A stretch of DNA of 64,000 bases from Bugula neritina. Its lineage: Eukaryota; Animalia; Bryozoa. A program made the position numbers and the translations under genes. The DNA lies in the NCBI GenBank assembly GCA_964035545.1, contig OZ037765.1:4784698-4848697 (forward strand). The letters are read 5' to 3'. Below, in pieces: positions 55,201 to 64,000 of the stretch. Each line of letters opens with the position of its first letter. The first letter of the stretch is position 1. Below the pieces are notes generated by a model. That model had not been told where the DNA came from and made no database searches. It was given only the letters and a program-made list of their open reading frames with translations.

Positions 55201-58200
55201 TACCTTGTATTGCAACATCATCTGGTCCTTTCGACAGCGACTAAGAATGATCTCTACTGGAGCTGTCGGGTCTTCGATTTGCTCAACCTTCACGGCGTTG
55301 CGCAGAATAGTGTGAGCAGAGGCTTCGTCGCCTGTTGCCATGACGATACCGGGACAATCCAGCAATCGGACATTCTTATCCAGTTGCACCTCCTGCATGG
55401 ATCTGAACAGAGCACACAAGTACTAACAGTACGCAGTTAACTGACACACTCATGCTGTGGTAGAATTTACATAAATATACTTTATAACAATTCCATTAAC
55501 TCCAAAATAGTCAGTATTGTCTAGTGAAAATTGAACACAGTGAAAACAGAAATGAGAAAAATACAAGATGACAGATGTCAGAAGATATGACAACTAGTGG
55601 CATGTAATTGACAGCTAGTGTCAGGTGAAACATGTGAAACTCACTTGGTAACTCCAGGCGTGTTACCAACCAGACAGGACTTGCTTCTTTTAAGACTGTT
55701 AATAAGACTGCTTTTGCCCGTGTTTGGAAATCCTGGCAAGTAAAAAGTGTAACAAAAGATGAAAAAAATATCAATTAAAAGTATAGCAGGATAATTAAAA
55801 GCTGTAATAACTGAAAACAGAAAGTATTGAATGCAACACCTACCGACTACTCCCACTCTAATGGCGGTTTTCAGATCTCTGTTTCTGCTGTAGTTGGCCA
55901 ACAGTTTGAGTAAGACGTCTGCTCCCAGACACACTGATGTCTTCAACAGACTGTGTGAGGCATTGGCTACAGGCACAGTACTTCGTGAGAGGTTGTCGTT
56001 CTGTGTCTGCGTACTGCACTTGAAGGCAATAGTGGGAAGTTCATTGCGCAAGTGTTTCAGCCATGCCTGCACATTGTCTACAGAAAGTTATGTAATGCTT
56101 GTATTCTATCACAGGACTAGTAGAGTCAATTATCTCACAAAATACAGTAACATCCAGCAAACTAAAACCACGTGCAATTGTTCAATGATGCATTAATTGT
56201 TATAATTGATAAAAGAACTTGGAAAAAAAGTAGGCAGACAAAATAGAAACCCATTAACTAATGGACCAACCACCTAACTATGTGACATACCTTTAGGCAC
56301 GAGATCTATTTTGTTGAGTACCAGAACCAACTTCTTATTGGCTCCTGCACTGACTACAGCCTGCTCCACCTGAGGACACCGACTTCCAATAGGATCCCTC
56401 GCATCCAGTACCTCCAGAATCACATCTGCGGCTTCCACCACCTGCCGGCACGAAATACAACCCCTCAACACAATATAGTGAATGTAGAAACATTACTTTG
56501 CAACCTATTTCTCACTTTAGCTATTACTCAATAAATACTTTGGGTGAAAATTTAATAAATATTACAAAATAGACCCTGTTGGTACTGCAAAACATGGCAC
56601 GCAAAAAAACGGCATCCCTTCCATATGATTTCCATAGACATTATTGCAGAAAATACTTTTACTCAAAAAAGTGGCTTTTTTAAATCGGAGTGGTTTAAAA
56701 ATTGAGTGTAATGAAAACTTTATTTATGCTGCCACATGCCTCAACATCCACAGTAAATAAATCAGTCAGTAGCTCAACAGGTTATAAGCTACAAGCTGAA
56801 AAAACCAAACCAAAACAGAAGTCAACACATGAACCTGTAGTAAAACAAATACAAAGGTAAAAGAGACTGGTGGATTTTCCAGCCAGGATGGTAAGCAACT
56901 TGGGCAGTAACAAATACGTAGACTGACCTTTCTAAACTCTTTGTAGTACGCCTTCAGGGAGCTTTCAACTGCCTTCCCAGAACCAAACTTAGATTTCTCT
57001 GCTGAAACAAACTCTTCATTGCTTTCAAATTCAGCCGCTTTGCTTTCTGCAGACTTTACCATGTCAGCTAGACTTTGGGGGGCAACATTGCCTGTGCGCT
57101 TGGCTTCTTTAAGCTGAGCTCGAGCGTCTTTACGCTTCTGTTTGTTTTCTTCTTTCAATTGCTCTTTCTAACAGAACACATAATTTCAATCACGACAAAA
57201 ATACAAATTATTGTGTAGAATACATATCTATTGAAAGAAATAATACGCGGTCCGGCAATCAGCTAAACATAGCAGTAGTGATAACACTTACATCATTTAT
57301 TATGTCTCTACTGAATGGATATGAATGGAATAAAAAGTCCCCAGATTGCACATACATGAATTACACACACTGTACATGATTTACAGTTTACTTATGCAGT
57401 GTCTTGTACATACCAGTTCTCTTCGTCGCTTAGCCTCTTTCAATATGTCATCTTTAAATGGAAGGCTATTTGGGACACCCGGATCTTTTCGTTTTAATTC
57501 TGAAACAATTAGTTGAAAACAAATTTGCTTAGAATATAGAATATTTAAGGTTGAACCTACATCTCGTTCGATAACTTCTTTTCATGACTTACACTATGTT
57601 TTTAATTTTTATATTTTGCAACATAATAGTTAATTAATGGAGGACCTGATGATAGGTTGCATCACTATCAGTTTTACAATGAAAATATAACTTTCTAAAA
57701 TTGAACTTGTTGAACTACTTGTTATAGAACAAAAATAACATGCCATTGATGGGAGTTTTAACCCTGACAGAACCAACTGAATTAGCAGTGTGGAACTCGG
57801 AATTATCCATTACATTAAACTACACTTGCCTATATAGTAATGGTTCACTTGACAACATATTGCATTACTATTAGATTTCAACTGGAAAGTAAATATAACT
57901 TTCTAATAACTATGATGAGACAGTTTTCTATTTTTGGTGGATGACACTGATATTGTTCCATTTCACAAATATTATTAGTTATAAATATAGCATTTAGTTT
58001 AACCAACTCTGTTTGTTTGGAGTTTTCTTCGCTTCCTTCCTCAACTTCCTGTTGTGTTCTCTGACCTGAAAAAACATGATTGATATATTTTATTACATTT
58101 CAGTTACAATAAAACCTCCAATACATGTGCTACATACAGATATTCACATACCTTACGTTCGACTTTCACACGATGTCTGGTTGTCTGTCGCTTGCTAGCT

Positions 58201-58521
58201 TTTTCTATAAACAATAAATTAAAACTAAATTAACTAAAATAATAATTAAAAATAACGAAATTCATAACTAATCTTGGATATAGTCATTCAGCTAAGTAAA
58301 CATAAACCACAAGGTTACAACAATGTGTGTTTAATAATTGGCAGATAGGAAAATGGTTGTTGGTACAAGTATTTGTATGAGCATTAAAAAACAAAACAAT
58401 TAATATAAGATTGTGCACATACGCTGATGCACCATGATCATTATGTGGTCACCTACATTTGAATAACAATTTAAATGTATTTTTATATAATTTACTTACT
58501 TTTGAACCCTCTTACAACCAT
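52297..58521 (-). CDS. GNL3: Nucleostemin / GNL3-GNL3L family circularly permuted nucleolar GTPase
   Basis: About 15 exons from ATG 58521 to TGA 52297. Basic N-terminus [32 protein letters not shown] and [12 protein letters not shown]. Permuted G motifs [31 protein letters not shown] and LLDCPG. Confidence 0.95.
53700..53798. repeat. 13-14-bp minisatellite (TATA(A)TATACAGAG)
   Basis: About 7 units beside the donor of GNL3 exon ~53826-53962. Confidence 0.9.
53965..54425. repeat. 34-bp minisatellite (~13 copies)
   Basis: Unit GGCAGCATACATATGATATTATACACTATACTAT, abutting the acceptor of the same GNL3 exon. Confidence 0.95.
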
Positions 58522-61056
58522 GATGACGATTGTAAACTTAGCGAGGCCACTGGTGGTGCTGTAAGTGCAAGTACTCTGTCTAGTTTATGACACTCACACT
58601 ATCACCTTTTGGATAATTATTGCCAGAAAGGTGGTGATCGGTATATAACTATAAAGATAAGAGTTGATAAACTTCAGTATTACAGCGAGTTCATCCTACA
58701 AGTAAAACTTATGTATTTTGCTTTCAGACTGAGAATCAGAGCGCGACTGACTAAGTGCAATGTGTTATTGTAGTAACTTGGGCCAAGAAACTTAAACTTA
58801 AGTCAGAGTCCGACCAAACTCAGTCAACAGTCAAAATGTGACTGACTGAACACTCTCAGCCTCAGGTTTAGAAATTACATGCAAAACTAAATGAGTATGA
58901 TTATGATAAAATGGTAATCAGAAATGAGTATGACCGAGTGTCTCTTACTCAGTGGACTGAGCCATTTAACTAGTCAAACTGAACCTGGGTCAGAACAACA
59001 TGGAGTTTGAGAGCAAAAGCATAACTATAACTTTAGTCTATTAGAAATACTAATAGTAATAGATTTGGTAACACCCACAATATTAATAACAGTTAATACT
59101 AAAATTAAAACTAAAAGTAACAGCAATTATAAAAGCGTCAGGCCCAGTGGCAGTCATTTCCTAAGACTCATTATCAACAGTTACAGTTAGACTCAACGTC
59201 AGTGACACTCACACTGACTGTCACTGAGTCCGATTGTCACACTCATTCAGTCTGAGTAACACACACTGACACTCACACTGTGAGTGAGTCACAGTCTGAG
59301 TCAGAGGCTGACCCTGTCACTGTGAGTGTCATTTACTGATTTAGTTTTACCATTACAGTTACTGTTAATGTTAAGTGTTAAGCATAATCATAATGTTACA
59401 TTTACTTTTAGTTTTACTGATTTAGATTACATTTAGTTTTACTTTTAGTTTTACTCATTATCATAAAAGACATTATGATTAACTTTAAGAATAAGTTTAA
59501 GTCATTTCACATTGACAGTTCTCTGTGTTAGGTTTCACATTTGCTTTTGGCGTTAATTTGTTGACTCTTTTTAACACCGGTTTAATTGAAATGAACAATT
59601 TCTAAAATGTAGCACATGCGATTGTTATGAAAGTTGGCAAAGTTAATTTTCAAACCTGAAACTGAAAGGTAAAAAGTTAATACGATTGCAATGTTTCGGT
59701 GTTACGCCATGTGACGTACTACTACTAGTACTAGTGGATTTGCTATTGCTATCAGCACGTGGGAAGTTTATTACTGGTTAGTTCGCCTTTAAAATACTCG
59801 CCCATTAATGTTGTACCTACTACAAATACCGAATTGTAATTGTATTGATTTAATAATAATTTTATTTTTTATTAACCAATAAAATGAACAAATTTCTATT
59901 TTATTACAATTAGTTGCGCTTTTTATTTTTGTTTCAAATCGTACAAAAAATGAGAACTCAAGTAGTTTATACCTTGACAGTAAAATATGTTCATGTTGTT
60001 TTGGCCCTAAACAAAGTGAGTCGAATTATCATATTCAAAACCCTGGGTGGGATAACTCTAAAGTACATTCTTCAAGCCTTCAATCCGGATCGTGTGATGG
60101 TCTAAACTCCAAAGGGTTTTATTGCAGCTTTTGATTATCTCCCTTACATTTAATTTCACGAACTCGTGTTTATCAGAAGACTAAATAGGTCATTCTGATG
60201 TGCATAAGATTTGCCTTTTATTAACTGTAAAGCTGGTGGTGGCCAACATGTTACATGTTTCTTCATGTTTCTAGCTCACAGGCTCAACAGATAGCTGTAG
60301 GTTACAGACACCATGTGATTGGCAATACCATTGATATATCATATAATAATTATTTCATTGAGCAATACATTGACAATACATTCCTATTGAAACAAGTATT
60401 TATATGCGACATTTTTTCAGGTTGCAATAAGTCTTTTACCAAAAAATTCTTACATATAATGTAACATTCTTTGTAAATATCGGTTTTTCATATAACATTA
60501 TAAAACATTTCCATATCAACTTTTTATTAAACATAACTTTTCTATATGCATGCATCTATATAAGCATAACCACATATATACATTATAAATTTGGAGTTAT
60601 AAGAAACTCAACTATGAAAGATTATAAAAGCTGATAAACTTATAAATTCATTTAATTGAACTTATTGCAGATTGTATCAGTAATATTTTATATTGTATAC
60701 AATTTGTTTTAATTGTTTATCAGTCTGCAAATTAGTATATGAAAAAAATCACCAACAAATTACAAACTTGCTAGTTTTTATAATGCTAATGCAGCTGAAC
60801 AATATTAAATATAGTTATCAACAGCTAACGAAATATGCCAGCATATTTTTATATGCTATACTTGAATGTATAGTAATTTAGTTTAGCTTTTGGTTTTTGA
60901 ATTTTTAATGCCTAGTGCAGTTTAGCATTACAACAAGGTAATGCGCTGAAACTTTACAAATGACTTAAAGCCAGTTTGTTTATAAATATCATTTATATTT
61001 TGCAGTACATAATATGGTGGGTATAACATTATAATTACTGTATAGCAAGTTTACAA

Positions 61057-61121
61057 TGTGGCCCTTGCCATGAAATATTCCCGTTCAGTGGCCATCGATC
61101 TGAAAAGGTTGGACACCCCTG
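61057..61121. mobile_element. hAT-like MITE terminal fragment
   Basis: TGTGGCCC...GTGGCC...AAAAGGTTGGACACCCCTG resembles the right end of hAT non-autonomous elements. No matching left end seen. Confidence 0.45.
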
Positions 61122-63004
61122 GTGTATAGCATGGAATTTATGTTGCTGCATGTGAAATATAATACCTCAAAATAAAGCATTTTATGTAATAAACTAAATA
61201 CTAGCAATTTTACATAATTATACAGCCTGTTTTTTCTCTTTGCATGCAGTTTCTTTGCATGTAACCAGCTGTATGTTTTTCTTTATACTAGATAAATGTA
61301 AATCTCATATTCTGCACATTCACTTTTAGAAAATACAAATTTATTGAAACTAGCAAAAAACTTTCAACAGCTGTTTTTAAATAATGCTAAAAAGTAATGT
61401 AAGTGGGTTTCAACTATTGTGTTGAAATGATTTTCAACATTATTCTCCTATCCAAATTAATTCAAATAAAAACAGCGAATGAATCTCAAATGGGCATCTA
61501 GTGGTAAAGCTTCCAAAAGCTATAAATTTACTAAGTAACACCTGACTAACTTGATGTTAGGCTACCTCATCAAAGTGCTACTACAATTTTTACATATCAA
61601 AAAGAGTGCAGTAGGTTATGGCTGCTTTATTGGAATGATTCCCTATAATTTATTTAACATTTATTGATCTCTTTTATTGTTTGCCAATGGCTGCCTGCTT
61701 TTAGCAAAAGTAATTGCTAATCGAGCAAAAGTAGCAAACAAGATATTATAATAATATTATATTGCTCATTTAAATCATAGACTACCATCTGACATAAGCT
61801 TTAATAGCTAATACAAGTAATAATAGCTATGCCTTTCAGATTGCTGGTACACATCTGGATGTTTCATGACATTAGGAAGGAAAAGTTATACGGAGCTCGC
61901 GGCTTACTTAAAGCTTACTATGAGCCTATTTATAAGCAAAAGGTTAAAGTTCACAAATTTATAGGCAACTCCGGCGAAAAAGTCGCTACAAATTTAGCCC
62001 GACTACAGCAATAAAGTTGTCTTTTCTTCTATAACAAAGATCCACTGCAAAAGCCAAGGTCTTCCTAAACAAAAAAAATTGGTCAACATCGGCATATCCA
62101 GACTCAGAGTGAAGGTGCAAAGCTAGTTGATTTTATAGAAACATAAATAAGTATAATTTAATATAACTAATTAATATTAATGGGTATGGTGTTATTATTT
62201 ATAATTGCTATATTTGTAGCATGGTCATAATATTTATATTATTTTAATTTTCAAGTATACCCATTGGCCATTGGCCATTAAACTTTAAGTTTAACTTAGT
62301 TAGTATTTACTATTACTATTAGTATTACTACTACTATTACTATTAGTATTACTATTACTATTAGTATTAGTATTACTATTAATGTATTAGTAATAATAAT
62401 TGTTGTATTTATAATTTATATAGTATACAATACGAGCGTGATTCTGAAACTGAATATCAATAATCAATATGAATATGCATGATCATGATTCTCAAAGTTG
62501 ATAATAATTATATTGCTAATCAATATCATTATGATTATGGTAATCACTTTTTGATAAGGATTCAGATTGTCACTTATAGTATAAGTTATAGTTATACTTA
62601 TAGTTATCCTTATACGTTATAGCTATACTTATACGTATAATTATACTTATACTTATAGTATAACTTATAGTAATATCATTACCATTATAATTATGATTAC
62701 TTGTAATATGAAAAATAAATAGTTGAATAAGATTATAATTATAATTTGATCATCACAATTGTGAAGCTCAAACTGAATTTGAATGTAATTTTCAATATGA
62801 TTATGATTAACCATTACTTTTGTAATTTTTCTTTTCTTATCTTTTTTCTTCTTGTTTGCAAAGTCAAAGTGCTGTTTGGGTGTACTTCTGATTTAATAAT
62901 TTCTAGAACTGAAATAATCTTGACGGTATTAGCTTTTGTTTATGCTTTCCTTTTTTAAACAATGTTACTTAGCTGTAAAGAAGAACAATTTTGTAGTTTA
63001 CAGA

Positions 63005-63897
63005 ATGCCTACCAAGCGTAGGGCATCGACAAGCACGGATGATAGTGCCCCTATAGCCACCCGTAAAGCAAAAAAGCCTAAACCTGTTGACTACAATCAG
63101 GTAATGGTACAATTCGTGTCCAGTGTTGTTTATTACGGCTCTCTAAAACTCCAAGTTTCAATATTTTCTTTTGTGATGAAAATTTTAATATTTAATATTT
63201 GGAACTTAATGCTATATAATAAATTGATAATATAATTCATTGTATATATGCCTTGTCATCAAAGCTCTGTGGTATTATAAATTTATCTACTAATTTTAGG
63301 CAGCCATATGTCAAGAGTTGTTTGATAAAATACGAAATCATAAATTACCAGAAGGCAGACTTTTGTGTGAAACACTCATCAGAGCTCCTAAGCGAAGGTA
63401 ATACTTCAGGTTTGATTCATCAGACGCTTCTGGTGTTTTCTAGTCCCCACCTCACCTATCTCCACCCTGTCTTGCTCGGGTAACGGGTAGTATTTTCTAA
63501 TGTCTGAGGAGAATTTTTCTTTCAAATCTACTTATGGAAACAGTTTGCTCGTTTTTAAATAGATAGTTTTATTCTTATACCTACTGTCTTTACCAGCAAA
63601 TAGTGAGAAGTGAAAAATCACTTTGCACTAAGCTGGTGTTTCATTACGCCTGATGAATAACTATTTTAAATTTACTTATAGAAGCAATATGTTTTTATTA
63701 GCAAACAATATGAAGCAAAATACATGTTGCATTAAGCTTTATTTGGTAGGACAACTCCAGAGTACTATGAGACTATTAGTGATCCCATAGACCTCTTAAA
63801 AATTCAGCAGAAGTTGAAGACTGATGAGTATGAAGAGATCGAGCAACTGACAGAAGATGTTCAGCTCTTAGTGAGAAATGCCAAGGCTTACTATCAA
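63005..63897 (+). CDS. PBRM1: Polybromo-1 (BAF180), 5' part including bromodomain 1; runs off the window
   Basis: Exons 63005-63100, 63300-63397, 63750-63897: MPTKRR...AICQELFDKIRNHKLPEGRLLCETLIRAPKRRTTPEYYETISDPIDLLKIQQKLKTDEYEEIEQLTEDVQLLVRNAKAYY, matching PBRM1 BD1. Confidence 0.93.
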
Positions 63898-64000
63898 GTG
63901 AGTTGATTTTATGACTGACTTGAGACCAAGTACCACTTGAGTCGGTGCTGATTAGACTTGGTTCTGATGGTCTGATGCTTGATCCACTAGACTTCTTTTT

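Noticed and set aside
52340-58500. Intronic box C/D snoRNAs, as hosted by vertebrate GNL3
   Set aside because: No convincing C/D pair with an rRNA guide found by eye. The TTGATGA...CTGA candidate at ~55118-55198 starts only ~5 nt from the donor. An Infernal/snoscan search is needed.
59914-62014. Small ORFs between GNL3 and PBRM1
   Set aside because: Short, no recognisable domain, no consistent splice chain; the ~61900-62120 region may be PBRM1 promoter/5'UTR.

Overview
AT-rich, intron-rich animal DNA, most consistent with an invertebrate. It holds six spliced protein-coding genes. (1) PPP1R42/LRRC67 (+). (2) A ~24-kb hillarin/kyphoscoliosis-peptidase (KY)-like gene (-). It appears to encode two tandem transglutaminase-like modules that both lack the catalytic Cys, joined by a GDPRYGQ-repeat linker. 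It also has a pair of mutually exclusive duplicated exons and a probable internal alternative first exon. (3) PQLC1/SLC66A2 (+). (4) p38 MAPK (+, TGY motif). (5) GNL3/nucleostemin (-). (6) The 5' end of PBRM1/polybromo (+), head-to-head with GNL3 as in human. Mobile DNA includes a complete but dead Tc1 (DD34E) element and a 5.15-kb foldback-like element with ~550-bp TIRs, TATGG termini and a 7-bp TSD. A MITE is nested inside that element, and there are three copies of a ~160-bp MITE-like repeat plus fragments. Also present are a spacer-less 240-bp palindrome and many minisatellites abutting or duplicating splice sites. Exon boundaries were read by eye from GT/AG and reading phase; no database search was possible.
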